A DNA stretch of 64,000 nt from Tubiluchus corallicola (GCA_030141605.1 JAQGDQ010000015.1:186001-250000), one strand, 5' to 3'. Shown: positions 30,001 through 45,361, counted from the stretch's first letter. The notes: a model not told the origin generated them from the sequence alone. Numbers and translations: made by a program.

Positions 30001-33000
30001 CTCTGCTTGTTTATCCATGGGCAAGCGTGGGTATCCAATTTTCAAATATATAATCGTGAAATTCTGCAAAAACAAGAAGATACAATGTTACTTAATCTAG
30101 TCTAACTACTGAACCCAATCTGTTCTATGCACAACTAACTGGACCCAATTTGTTATAACTGCAACTACAGCAGAATCTGATCTGTTCTAATCTCAATTAC
30201 TAAACTCGTCACTGACACTTGTCTATTCTGACGAAAAAATTACTAAACCCTACTGTTAAACTTTCTACTTTCTATTTGCAACTGTTAAACCCAGTCTGCA
30301 CTAATAACAATTACTAAACCCAGTCTGTTTTATCCCTACTACTTAACCTAGTCTATTCTAAAGGCAACTATTGGACTCAGTCTGTCTAATTGGAACTACC
30401 AAATTTTGAATTTCTTATACTGTATATTTAATGTTACATGATAAATGTATATTTCTATATTCAAGTGTGTGCATAGTGTAATATGTCAGACCACTTTATT
30501 AGGCATTTTAATGTATTAAGTTTTTTGCCTTTAAATATGCACCTCATAAGATCAATCATTCTCACATATACCAAAAGTTGAAAAATACCTCTTCAATTTT
30601 ACAACAGTTACAAAAACATCACACAAACTACTATGCTTTAAAGTCTTTTAATGGAACACATCAGCTTAAAAAATGTCAATATTTTTGATATAAAATTTTC
30701 TACATATAACAATGACAACTTATTAGTTGCTACACGAAAATGATCCAAACCCATACTAGACGTTTTTGAGACAATTAGGCGATTGATTCTACATTATCGT
30801 GCATCTAATACACAGCGCCTACTGTATTAGCTTAGTATCGGCAACTACGAACAATCGGCAAATCCTTTTTGTCTGGCAAACAGAGACATGAGTGTATATA
30901 TATCACGCATGCATGTTATCATCAAAGATCATTTCAACTGAAACAAGTAAACACAAAGATGATCTATGAGTAAAGTAATTTATTATCTAAGAAATTTTTA
31001 GACATCAAGCACTTACTGTTACAAAAGGAGAAGCAGCAGGATCCTGATACTGCAGTAACAAAGCTTCAACTGGAAGCTGAACGCTTGCTCGACTTTTCAA
31101 CCTTTTGTTGATATGAACAAGTAACTCCATAACCTTCCAAAAAACTTAATAGTGCTCAAAGCAGCATATTAAAGTAATTACAAGAATACTATACAATGAA
31201 GAAACTATGAAGTAAATTGGGCAATAATTGAGAGTCCGGATATATTACACAAATGGCTATTTTTCGAACTAATATTACTTAGAAAATGATGGAACTTAAC
31301 AATATTCAATACAATATAATAAATGTAAATAAAAATTTACAATACGGTAGTTAGACAACAGAAAACCAGACTGTCTTGTATAACAACACATTAAGAAATC
31401 AACAAAAGCTATCAGTAAAATAAAAAACTTAAAGTATTGTACCGTAAAAACAGTCGTCAAAGAAACAAAAATTGTACCTTTTTGCGAACACCCTCATGCT
31501 GACTTGACAGCTTTAAAAGAACTGGTGGCAAAAACTTGCAGATGGCATCCTGCAATTGTTCATCAGTGTCAGCTGAACCAACTCGCAAGAACACTCTTTC
31601 CAACAAAACTGAAATTTAAAGGAATAGTTATTACTGGACATGTAAATGTAAATGCTGCTGGAAATGCTTTGTACATTTGAATTACGGACCAACTAAAAAA
31701 GAAAGTCTTATAGGAGAACCATAATTTACTCAGCAATAAAGTGATACTGGCAAAAATGTGAGAAATAAGAAAATAGCTTGGAGTCAAACTAGAACCTAAG
31801 AGTTACAAAACTAACATCTTATACCACTCAGTCACTTGAATTTGTGAAGACAAATACAGAGCACATAAAATTATATTTTTTCAAAACCCTAACCAAAAAC
31901 TAATAAAAACTCTGACGCAAAAACCATAACCCCAAAATATTGGGGGGAAAGGGGTTAAAACAATAGACAGACACAGACATTCTTTATCTTCTTCAAAACA
32001 CCACTTAAAGGTCCACTGACACCCTGGTAGACACTTGCTGTCAAAATTCACTATTGACTAGCCTGATACAAAAAAGCGGCTTTATTTTTTTATAAACTTG
32101 TGCATTTCGGTTTGCTTAGCATCGAAACACTTACTTGAATGCACTATATTTTATAGATGAAAAAATATTAATAACGAAGTACAATGCGTAAAAGTTTTAG
32201 TGTGACATCATTGGTTTTTCGCGATGGGCTGCTTTCTTGTTCATTTTCTTGTTCACTTCTGCTTTATGAATGTCTCACTGCCAAGTTATCTTCTGCCCGA
32301 TGTCCTGTTTAGACAATGTATTCTGACAAGCAGTGATCGTTTTTGCGTTTTTCAGCATATAAAATTGTAAAAATAACAGTGGATTCTTAGGTACAATCGA
32401 AGAGAAAAGAACTAGACAATAAGGCAGAAATGAAAGATGATTTTGGTCTCTGGGCTTTACCGAGGTTTTGAGCCTGTGAAGACCGGGTACACTGTCTGAC
32501 TTAATGCGAGGTTCAAACATAAAAGAAAATGGAAACTAAGAAGAAATGCCTTTCAGACAAAATTTTTTTTAACTCATTAAAATAGTGCTCCCTACATTTT
32601 TAGACACTTGGGAAAACCTTTGTGGCATTTTTTTGAATGTGCAAATGAGGTGTCAGAGTAAAAAGCTTTAAATATTTAAGTAAAAAATATTCTTATAGTC
32701 TACACTATACAGTTTGACTGCTGATCAACGTGCATATAAGTTTGATGCAGTCGAGCACCTTTATTCTATGTGTAACTGCCCAAGCTTCATTTTTCACCGT
32801 GCCTAGCAGGATAGATGGGCGTTTCCTTTTGTGGCAAAAGGAAAGGTTGTCTTATCCTCACTGCGGTCGCGTTTGTGCCATTTTTATGTTGAAGTAACGT
32901 GTAAAAATATCAGGAGAAATATTTCAAAATGTGAAGAAAGGAAGGTTGTTATTAAAATCGGGAGTTTCTGTTAAACTGGTAGGGTTGAAATGTCTTACTG

Positions 33001-34085
33001 CTAACCTTGACTAAATATAGTTTTTATGAAATTTAGTTACAAAGGTTAATTATTACCTTACTTACTGTGCATCTAACCGAAATGCTGGCTAGCGGCTTAC
33101 TTGCAGCTTGATCTAATTTGCGGGAGTACTTGGCACACCTATTGTTCATACAGCCTACACACTGTTTAAATAATGGTACAGTAACATCATAGTGCTCTGT
33201 ATACTGTGTTTGTTGCTATAAAGTTGCTGTTCCTTGCAGGTTTGTAAAATAAAAACTGATTCTTATAAGTTTATTTGCTATAAATAGATAAATATTATAG
33301 TAAGAAACGTTTTTATTAATAGATAAATCATTACTCAGCAATAACCATTCTGTTCAGTGTTCACAGTGTTCTGCTTGCTGAGGCCACTGCCAGTCTGTTA
33401 CTGCAGCTGTTAATTGCTGCTTCCTGACATGACGTCACAGCACTGAGTGTCACGGCGGGCGATAATATTTGTCACAGTACCAACGGCGCCTAATTTAAGT
33501 TACCATATCACATAAAAGCATGCATTAAAACTGTTTTAAAAATTAGGAAATGTAATGCTGCCTACGCTTTAAAAGAAAATAACATAAAAAATAGTCATAG
33601 GACACTACGGCAAACTACTACGGCCTTTAAGACAAACTACTACACCTACATGCATACATTGTAACACGTATGTCGTAATACAATAACGAGTCAAGAACTG
33701 TAATTCAATTCAACTGTATTTTCTCAATAATGCCAATTTCAAAGTAACTGAGGACTAGCAGATGTAACCATAATATGCCTTGTACGAAAGTGTCGTGGCT
33801 GTGTCGAAGAAATGGCAGCGAAAAATCATCAATTTAGCTCCATCAATTACCGACAGATCACCTCCGAAACGCTAAGTTTAATCACAATCATGATTTGCAG
33901 ATTCTGATATCTCGAAAAACCTCACTTAACAAAGAAAAACAATCATGTCATCTGTCACACAGAGTATAAAACTCGCACAAATCCTTCAAAAGTACATAAT
34001 TAATAGTTGCAGTATGTGATCTCAAAGAAAACAAATAAGGTGGAGAAATATAATAATACTCACTTAATTCGTCGGACCCCGCCAT
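1..34085 (-). CDS. ECPAS: Proteasome adapter and scaffold protein ECM29 (HEAT-repeat), multi-exon, 3'-truncated by window edge
   Basis: 39 exons with GT-AG boundaries and consistent phases sum to 4815 nt (1605 codons) with no stop. N-terminus [62 protein letters not shown] and internal [43 protein letters not shown] and [18 protein letters not shown] match ECM29 as I recall it. Confidence 0.97.
778..916 (-). CDS. ECPAS: ECM29 exon 38
   Basis: [20 protein letters not shown]. Confidence 0.94.
1152..1328 (-). CDS. ECPAS: ECM29 exon 37
   Basis: [23 protein letters not shown]...SWHRKAQAA. Confidence 0.94.
2151..2288 (-). CDS. ECPAS: ECM29 exon 36
   Basis: [21 protein letters not shown]. Confidence 0.93.
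2679..3111. mobile_element. hAT-type MITE, left end damaged
   Basis: 8-bp direct repeat ATCAAAGT at 2671-2678 and 3112-3119; right terminus ...AAGATGGCCCTG; GC-rich subterminal blocks at both ends; left TIR appears partly deleted. Confidence 0.65.
3598..3756 (-). CDS. ECPAS: ECM29 exon 35
   Basis: [30 protein letters not shown]...WYMEKD. Confidence 0.95.
4488..4554 (-). CDS. ECPAS: ECM29 exon 34
   Basis: [22 protein letters not shown]. Confidence 0.93.
5036..5125 (-). CDS. ECPAS: ECM29 exon 33
   Basis: [30 protein letters not shown]. Confidence 0.95.
5385..5444 (-). CDS. ECPAS: ECM29 exon 32
   Basis: [20 protein letters not shown]. Confidence 0.94.
5817..5976 (-). CDS. ECPAS: ECM29 exon 31
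   Basis: [42 protein letters not shown]. Confidence 0.95.
6170..6291 (-). CDS. ECPAS: ECM29 exon 30
   Basis: CIKICDP...[18 protein letters not shown]. Confidence 0.93.
6542..6775 (-). CDS. ECPAS: ECM29 exon 29
   Basis: [18 protein letters not shown]...[12 protein letters not shown]. Confidence 0.96.
7888..8058 (-). CDS. ECPAS: ECM29 exon 28
   Basis: [13 protein letters not shown]...[25 protein letters not shown]. Confidence 0.96.
9430..9550 (-). CDS. ECPAS: ECM29 exon 27
   Basis: [38 protein letters not shown]. Confidence 0.96.
9704..9887 (-). CDS. ECPAS: ECM29 exon 26
   Basis: [15 protein letters not shown]...GTLGKAPG. Confidence 0.95.
10150..10700 (+). mobile_element. Probable decayed Penelope-like retroelement fragment
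   Basis: Frameshifted remnants in the expected order: [12 protein letters not shown] (cf. SIPYSQxLRxxRIC), IxDIMxRHF, VVAF, GTxTCERC. Boundaries approximate. Confidence 0.4.
11128..11242 (-). CDS. ECPAS: ECM29 exon 25
   Basis: [13 protein letters not shown]...[13 protein letters not shown]. Confidence 0.94.
11952..12047 (-). CDS. ECPAS: ECM29 exon 24
   Basis: [24 protein letters not shown]. Confidence 0.9.
12853..13126. mobile_element. hAT-type MITE (274 bp)
   Basis: TIRs CAGGGCTAGATTTACCAA / TTGGTAAGTCTAGCCCTG (17/18 match); perfect 8-bp TSD TCATCAAG at 12845-12852 and 13127-13134. Confidence 0.92.
13240..13356 (-). CDS. ECPAS: ECM29 exon 23
   Basis: [20 protein letters not shown]. Confidence 0.92.
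13770..13871 (-). CDS. ECPAS: ECM29 exon 22
   Basis: [20 protein letters not shown]. Confidence 0.92.
14265..14455 (-). CDS. ECPAS: ECM29 exon 21
   Basis: [16 protein letters not shown]...TKASIVKLL. Confidence 0.92.
15255..15369 (-). CDS. ECPAS: ECM29 exon 20
   Basis: [16 protein letters not shown]. Confidence 0.92.
16005..16139 (-). CDS. ECPAS: ECM29 exon 19
   Basis: [20 protein letters not shown]. Confidence 0.92.
16463..16554 (-). CDS. ECPAS: ECM29 exon 18
   Basis: [27 protein letters not shown]. Confidence 0.93.
16976..17177 (-). CDS. ECPAS: ECM29 exon 17
   Basis: [17 protein letters not shown]...[10 protein letters not shown]. Confidence 0.93.
17481..17561 (-). CDS. ECPAS: ECM29 exon 16
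   Basis: [27 protein letters not shown]. Confidence 0.9.
17960..18107 (-). CDS. ECPAS: ECM29 exon 15
   Basis: [12 protein letters not shown]...[14 protein letters not shown]. Confidence 0.92.
18997..19100 (-). CDS. ECPAS: ECM29 exon 14
   Basis: [29 protein letters not shown]. Confidence 0.93.
19597..19719 (-). CDS. ECPAS: ECM29 exon 13
   Basis: [20 protein letters not shown]. Confidence 0.92.
19819..19935 (-). CDS. ECPAS: ECM29 exon 12
   Basis: [30 protein letters not shown]. Confidence 0.93.
20491..20655 (-). CDS. ECPAS: ECM29 exon 11
   Basis: [16 protein letters not shown]...[13 protein letters not shown]. Confidence 0.93.
20803..20922 (-). CDS. ECPAS: ECM29 exon 10
   Basis: [28 protein letters not shown]. 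Confidence 0.93.
21911..21989 (-). CDS. ECPAS: ECM29 exon 9
   Basis: [19 protein letters not shown]. Confidence 0.92.
22456..22497 (-). CDS. ECPAS: ECM29 exon 8 (42 nt)
   Basis: [13 protein letters not shown]; phase 2-2. Confidence 0.9.
23048..23145 (-). CDS. ECPAS: ECM29 exon 7
   Basis: [12 protein letters not shown]...IIATSDSRH. Confidence 0.93.
23284..23422 (-). CDS. ECPAS: ECM29 exon 6
   Basis: [26 protein letters not shown]. Confidence 0.93.
24180..24960 (-). mobile_element. Decayed RTE-clade non-LTR retrotransposon, RT C-terminal fragment
   Basis: Minus-strand [16 protein letters not shown] (24661-24715; YGCETW motif) and QFK*xG (FKYLG motif); shares DNA blocks with the 58400-59200 copy; ends approximate. 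Confidence 0.78.
26810..26959 (-). CDS. ECPAS: ECM29 exon 5
   Basis: LMFLLMP...[26 protein letters not shown]. Confidence 0.93.
27139..27235. repeat. Imperfect (TA)n low-complexity tract
   Basis: Direct reading. Confidence 0.85.
28519..29911. mobile_element. Old hAT-type MITE interrupted by a Helitron
   Basis: Degenerate TIRs TAGCGTTGGGAC / GTTCCACCACTA (9/12); subterminal TAATCGATTA at both ends; degenerate TSD AATTATAG / ACTTACAG (6/8). Confidence 0.6.
28805..29605 (-). mobile_element. Non-autonomous Helitron (801 bp)
   Basis: Minus strand begins A|TCTATACT followed by (TA)n and ends with hairpin CGCAAAA-tc-TTTTGCG (28818-28833) just before CTAG|T. Inserted in an AT dinucleotide with no TSD; interior is GC/CpG-rich. 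Confidence 0.82.
29945..30063 (-). CDS. ECPAS: ECM29 exon 4
   Basis: [26 protein letters not shown]. Confidence 0.95.
30095..30400. repeat. Degenerate ~30-bp minisatellite (consensus approx. CAACTACTAAACCCAGTCTGTTCTA...)
   Basis: About 9-10 diverged copies in ECM29 intron 3. Confidence 0.7.
31017..31133 (-). CDS. ECPAS: ECM29 exon 3
   Basis: [39 protein letters not shown]. Confidence 0.95.
31478..31608 (-). CDS. ECPAS: ECM29 exon 2
   Basis: [19 protein letters not shown]...GVRKK; cag/gt boundaries. Confidence 0.95.
34064..34085 (-). CDS. ECPAS: ECM29 coding exon 1 (MAGSDEL)
   Basis: ATGGCG start, donor A|gtgagt, phase fits exon 2. Confidence 0.88.
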
Positions 34086-34319
34086 AATGACTGTGTTATG
34101 CTTTTTGGATATCCTTATCACCGAGACGCACGCTCAGACTGCACACATTTACGGACTTTATTACTGAACCTGCCATTGCCGATGGGGGGGGGTTCATGAA
34201 GCCATTTTGACAAAATAAAATAATAAGGAAGAAACAAAAGCAAGGTAAAAACAAAAAATCCAAACCTGTCCTACCTATACAATAAACTTGTATAGCTTGT
34301 GATCACATCTTCTTCTAGC

Positions 34320-34760
34320 TAGGGGTGAGCATCGAACGTTCGAGTTCGAATGTTCGAATCGAATTCGAACGCTCGAATTCGATTCGAACGAGTTTTTTTT
34401 AGTTCGAACTCGATTCGAATCCAAAACAATAGATTCGAATAATTCAGCACTTCAATCACATATGTTTCTGATCATTAAAACGATTGAAACATCATGCAAT
34501 TATCATAATTTAGCTGTGATTTCTGTGCACAATTTTATACCAATTACTAGTCGTTTTATTGCAGAACAAAATCTAGTGACATGCAAGATCTTTGTAAGAC
34601 TAATTTTTACTGGCGGTTCGAAAACTAGTTCGAAAATCTTTCAATCTCAATTCGAATTCGGTTCGAATTCGAAACACTGAAGTTCGGTTCGATTCGAATT
34701 CGAAAGTCACAAATTCGGGTTGATTCGAATTCGCTTTCTGGTAGAGAATGCTCACCCCTA
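34320..34760. mobile_element. Young hAT-type MITE (441 bp) in ECM29 upstream region
   Basis: Perfect 13-bp TIR TAGGGGTGAGCAT / ATGCTCACCCCTA; perfect 8-bp TSD CTTCTAGC (34312-34319, 34761-34768); subterminal TTCGAA arrays. Confidence 0.95.
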
Positions 34761-36279
34761 CTTCTAGCAGCAATAACGGTTGAAGACTGAGAAGACATTT
34801 AGATAAGACAACAGTTATTTCTGATTGAACTTTATGAATATTCTTTATGATCTTTTATTCAAACAGCTGAAACAAATGCTACTCTAGTCAGTTTTGCTTT
34901 TCTTTTTTTTTGCTGAAAAATACAACATTTAACTGTGATTTTGTATCAGTTATTAACTTCTATTTAATTAGTTAGCTAACTTATCTATGTTAATACAAAT
35001 TGCCATAAAAATGCTAATTATTTTTATTACTAACACTGAAAATAACCTTTTGCACAAAGCTTTTATGAATTAACTTTATATGTATGCACTATTTGACATG
35101 TTATGTACTGTATTGTGTTTTGCCAATGTGTATTACAATTATGTATTTGAGCAACAAATTGAATTGAATCAACTGAATTATTTGTTATTTGTGTGTGAAT
35201 TTGTGATTTACATCCATTATATTGTTTTGAATATTATCAAGTTCCATCATTTCCCAAGTGACACTAGTTTGAAAAATAATCAATCCTAATTCAATTTCGT
35301 GTCATTGATGCTGACTATCCTGACCACCTATAATTTTTTAATTGTAGCTCTCATCAGAGAATAAATCTGCAGTAAGCGTAAGCAGCTATCACATTCTCTG
35401 CTTTCTTTCATTGCCCAAATTTATTTCATAGTTTCTCAGTCACGAGAACATTTTTTGGCTTTGTCAATGGCATCAACATGCTCAGACAATGATCTATAAA
35501 AACATTTACTCTTATTTAATCCGCTGTCTGCTCTATTCATGTGTATTATTATGCAACTGATGCACCTCCCTCAGTTTTTATGCCAGTGCTTAATCACTTT
35601 TACTACTGAAGGATATTTTTTATTTTTTAGATGTTTTACATAATTGTAGTGACATAAATTATGTTTAAAAATTAAGTATTAAAATGATTAAGGAAGAATA
35701 ATAAGTACTTTTGTTCTCAAAAATAAACAAGATTGAAGATTCCTAGGCCATGTATTAAAAACTGAATGTGTTTAAAAACGGCACAGGCTAAAATCACACA
35801 GGAAAACAGTGATAAGCAATCAAATATACAACAATATACATACCTGTATCATATAGACTAGCAGAACATCACATGAAGTATCTTGTTCATTAAATAGAAT
35901 TTTAATCAGTCACAGTGATGTACGAACATTCCACATAGTGTTTATCTACATTTCTTTCACCATTTGAAGATATTAATAGACTGACAAGTGTTTATATTTA
36001 CTTTTGAAGTCAGCTTATTAGGCTATGTACATATAAATCATATTAAGCAAAGATTATAAACAGTGTTACACAGTTTTCCAAGCGAGAATTTCTCGAAGTG
36101 GAACCTGGAAATAATTTGTAGTTGTTTGTCCTTGCGGAAATAATAAAAATAAAGCAGTTTATTTTCTAGTGAAGTACTTTTCCTGATGCGCTATAACACT
36201 CACTAAGAGATCTACACGAAGTCATTCACAAATATTTTTGTATGTGATATGCATATTCTGACAGTTTTCCTCACCTACC

Positions 36280-36465
36280 TGCCCAGGAATCCACATCAAA
36301 ATGCATCTTTTTGCCCTGCCCCAAATACCCACGTTCTCATAAAGTTTCGTGAAAATATTTTACATGATTTTTGCATAATAAGACAAAAACAACCAACCAA
36401 TCAATTAATCAAACAACCGGACAAACAGTGTCGAAGCATATGAGCTTCTTGGCAGATGGAAAAAT
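36280..36465 (+). mobile_element. Possible Helentron-derived/DINE-like remnant
   Basis: AAAGTTTCGTGAAAAT block, a (CAAC)/(CAAA)-type microsatellite and a CTTGGCAGA end resemble HINE 3' regions as I recall them; termini not verifiable. Confidence 0.3.
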
Positions 36466-38002
36466 AAGCAAAATAATTATCCCCCTCAGTAACTTTAACC
36501 CTAAACTCATATTTTATAAGTGTGCCATTTTTTTATTTCTCCAATTGTGACGTTCTTCCTGTGCCTTCCCCCCATTTTTACCTGTACCATTTTTAACGTG
36601 CACCTTAAAAACGTATGGTAGCATAAGTGGTTAATGGTTAACGTCCAAATAACAGTATTAATATGAAACAGTTGGTTTGCATATCTGAACTTCAGAAGTG
36701 TATGAGTTGTATGTGGCACTTTTATATATGCTTTCTGGAAGAATTTGCGAAGAAATCTGAATTGGAACAAGTTGACTTTTTTAATTTTAAATGCTGTTTG
36801 TTTCTTCAATCTGAGTGTATAGTAGAATTTTATTACATTTACTGTGATTGTTTTTAAACATTCAATAATTATATGCCACTTACATTGTTATAAACAACAC
36901 GTAGACAAGACATGTGGCATTAAAATTTTGTTTACGATAGTAATTAACAGCAAAAATAATGATTTCGTTTAGGACACAGTTCAAGGATAACTCAATCTTT
37001 TGTCCAAATTGGACCTAATTATTGTTACCCACATGTTACTTTGGCAAACACGAGGCTTGGTTGAAGAACCAGCAGTACAACTTTTAAATCTTTGGTATAA
37101 CTTGGTTGTAAGTTGTTCTAAAACAACCTTCAGGACTGGAAGCAAGCACGGCACCATTCAGCTATACGGCCTCTACCCTGGTCGAAAAGTTAAATTTAAA
37201 TATGTACCATGGGCCGTATTCACTAACACATTCGTAAAAAATTCATGGAAATTTTTTTGTTTTCGTAAATTTACAATCACATTTAATAATTTCTTAGATA
37301 ATGAAATCTTGTGAATTCTATCGTAACTGCTCGTGTGATGTGAATAACTGAATGTGAACTGCTTCTAACGATCATCGCGGGAGCTTAAATTTAGAAGTTC
37401 TGTGCAGCATTACTGCCTGTGCACAATAAAACAGCATGTAAGTGATGCAAAATTTCGAGATGGATTGTTTTAAGCTTTATCTATAAAAAGTGCTTTCCTC
37501 TGTTTTATAACCTTGTCTCGCCACCCATTCACCGATCAGTTTAATATCATATCTCAGATAAATTAAGCAGCACAATAATTTTCTGACATTGCATCATATT
37601 ATCGTTTTATGCTCTGTGTTTTTCTTCCTGTAAAAGGTGATAAATAAAGATGCCTACACAGGTTTGGAATTCCCGTGAAAGTTTCCTGAATAAAATCTGG
37701 AAACCATTGTTCGAGTTTTCCTTTGTTTTTTCGATAGAAACCCTATGATAAAAAAATTAAAATTACATGTTGCTAGCTTCATAGGCTTTCTGATCGTGCA
37801 TAACACACCAATTTTGGCGGGAGGTGGATAATAAGTGAATTTTGCTGATTGTTTCAACGACATAATTTGTTTGCTATTAATTACCAGTGGTTGAAATTAG
37901 AACTAGTGTCCTGTGCAATTTTGACATTGTGACCATAGATATATGTATGATTGTGACACTCGGCCGCCTAGTCGCGGAAAAAAGGAAATATTTTATAAAC
38001 AA

Positions 38003-38050
38003 GACACGTCATCTGCTGAAGCCGTACTTTTTACAAGCGCATTGATTGGA
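38003..38050 (-). promoter_or_regulatory. UPRE/XBP1-CREB3-like site plus CCAAT box upstream of SERP1
   Basis: GATGACGTGTC (minus, 38003-38013) and CCAAT (minus, 38046-38050), 280-330 bp before the SERP1 ATG. Confidence 0.55.
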
Positions 38051-38314
38051 GAGTTTAACATAAAACAAAAAAAAACTTTGAATGGGCTGCATTAATCAAA
38101 TATTTCTTATCTACAATACTGTTTTGTGCACTTTGTCGACTTATTTGTTGGCAATAAATTGTTACTAGAGTTACATTTATATTTTTAATTATTAGTCTTT
38201 GCGCATTAACATTATTCTGTGTTGTTCCGGATGGTGTTTGGTCGCGTTTTGTGATTTCGTAGCGAAAATTCAATTTCTAAGTTGTTTATCTGATTTTATC
38301 CCAACTCGATTTAG

Positions 38315-42431
<4,117 letters not shown>

Positions 42432-45361
42432 GATCAACTTAAAAGGCTGTGAACACAAACCGATTAATGTTATCATCTTGGTCGGACTATTTGATATTTT
42501 GTTAATGTTATCGGCTCTTAACCGTTTCTGTTGGGGCATTGGTGAAAGTGGGATTTCATTTTCCAATGATGATATTTTACATTCCAAAGACTTACCATAG
42601 TGGATTGGATACAACACAGTAAGGAATATTGACTTGGCAGACATAACAACTGACTACACAGCAGAATCAAGAGTTTCTAAAGTTATTGTTGTTGCTATGT
42701 AAAATTTTCTAACTGCAATACAATTGAATTTTGTCCTGTACAAGGTAAATCAAATATGATGATACAGTTTCACACCCTTCATGAGACATTCAGTAAAATT
42801 TGGGCTAAGACAGATGCAGTAGGACAGAGGATTTTTCCACCCCAGTGCTGGCCAGAGAAATAAGAAAAGTATAAAAACGATTGACTTTTTATTTAAAGTT
42901 AAGCCAATGAACTTTTTCTATGAAGTCACAAATAAAGTGCCACAATTACCAAACACGAGCGAATTTATTACAAAAAATGTTACATACTCGATGTCTAGTT
43001 ATAATACATGGTTTGACCATTAATACTTTTGAAGTCAGTTGCATTTTAGTGCATGTTTGAAAATGCACAAAATAGTTAGTAATGAAATGTTTACCAAGTT
43101 TTTATTTCTATTTTTGAAATTGTAAGCAAATAAAAATTTGGAGATATTAGAACTTCTATTAGTCGATTTATTTTTATTTCGTTATCAATTTCATGATGAT
43201 TGCGCTGTAAACGTCCGAAGCCGTATCTTTATTTTTACCTGTTTCTGACTTGTTTCTTGATGCATTTTTTTCCTTGAAATTCAAAAAGCTTCATAAATCC
43301 ATCCACTAGCATACATAGTGCTGTATTTTCACATTCACTAATCAAAAATCTTATCATTGGAGTCTTGATGTTATTTATGAATTTACTAACAGCAGATACT
43401 GTAGTATAGTGGCAGTGTTACACTGCTATTCTTGAATTATAGCTTTCCTGTACAATGTCAAATTTTAAATAATGCAATATTTGTATTTTATGAATCATAA
43501 TACATGTTATAAATATTTAATGGATGAGTCCTAATGAAAATGCAGGCTATGTAATTACTAAAGCAGGGTTGGGTGGGTTGTAATAAATTTGTAATAAGTG
43601 TTTTGATTGGAACTAATGGATGAAAATAATGTAAATAAAGGTTCGCATCCAGTCATTTCTTTGTATGGCCTGGCATTGAGTTATTAAAGCTTGTTGGTAA
43701 ATTTTCAATAAAATATATAGCTGTTAGTGTTTTAATCAACCTCTCATGTCGTTATTTTACCAATCGTCCTAAATAAGATATCTATACCGAATAGATCTAG
43801 GTTATTTCCAAAGCTTTTCTTGAATCTACGGTTGCATTTGTTTACGACTGTAATATAAGCATAATATTTCAAACTTCATTTACATATGTACAAAGCGATT
43901 TTTGCGTAATAACACTGCGTAATAGCATGAAGGCATTCACAATGTTTTTGAAATTTAAAACATGGTATACTACCATCAGGAACTACTGAAATTTTCAATG
44001 AGTTTTTGTTTTATCGGTATTCAGACAGAAATCACACAAAACAAAACTAACAGTGCTATAAAAGTGGGAATAAGTCCTAGAACTGCTGCTCATACGGTTA
44101 CCGTCATACTCGAATGCATAAAATTGAAGACAAAAATTAATTTGAATAACAAATCATCTGCATTTTTTGAATTTACAACAAGAAAGTAATGCATTATGGT
44201 TATTATTATTATAAAACAATATCTAGAACACTTTCATTTTGCATTTAAAATATCATCGATTAACATGATAAAAATGAGCTAAGTTAATAGATATACGGTC
44301 AAGTAAGCATAGAGTTTCAACTGCACAACAGCTATAATGATTTTTAAGGTTGCTCTTTTAAATATTAGTTATTTTCTAGTGTTCTAAAACCACCATCGAT
44401 TATGACATGCTGCTATAACTCCGAGTAATGGTAAAAATGTCATAGAACTGGTAAATTAGCTAACATACTATCCATATGATAGGCCTGGAAATCGCTGTTA
44501 CTTATTTACAAAAAAAAAAAACGATATGTATAACAATAATAAAATTTACACAATAACCATTCAACAAGCCTTACCTCATGACCACATAGTGTTAAAGTAT
44601 GTTACGTAAAAAGACACGCTATTATAAATGAGATGCTTAGCAGGAAGATGATACCTATTATATTATTACAATCTTTACACTGCATTCTAAGGAATTCTAA
44701 AGGATCTAAAATTGTTAAAAAATTCCCAGTGTTCTTTTTTTCAAAAACTAATGAACAAACTTACTAATACAAGACAAATAAAAGAGTACAGTTTACTAGA
44801 GTACTAAGTGAAATGTTAAACTTTTAAATAAACTGAATGCAAGATTGTTGTCTGGACCATCTCCAAAATCACACATCAAGCAATCGTAATGAAAAAGTAA
44901 CCACGGTTTTTTTTTTGAAACACTGATAATGTGAACAGATCACATTATAACTGCAATGAATCATTCATTATAGGACATTTGAGAATTTCAGAAAACGTGT
45001 AATGATGCTAGTTAAGTCTGAGACAATGCAACATGATAAAGCAGGACAAGAAGATACCAATATATTACGCAAATGGCCAAAAGATGGCAATGTTAAGCTT
45101 ACTACAGGTGAATAAAATTTTAGAAGTACAGCTCAAACTTTCGTTGCTAGAAGACAAGCATAATTATGTTACACGTAATTAGTAGTACGGAAATTAAAGA
45201 ATGGCACCTGGTTAACGAAACTGTACACAATATATCACATTATAGCTTATAATTTAATATTGGTTCTGTACAACATATTCACATAAACCCTACACAGTAA
45301 CTGCAGCACCATTGGCATCAAACTTAAACGATGTGAAGATGATGTCTTTTGAGGCTTTCAA

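Noticed and set aside
1-34085. Non-canonical (U12, AT-AC or GC-AG) introns or recoding in ECM29
   Set aside because: All 38 reconstructed introns are GT-AG and the frame closes without frameshift or readthrough.
34330-34735. TTCGAA-rich region as tRNA or tRNA-derived SINE (GTTCGA B-box look-alike)
   Set aside because: No cloverleaf or A-box; bounded by TIRs and an 8-bp TSD, so a DNA transposon.
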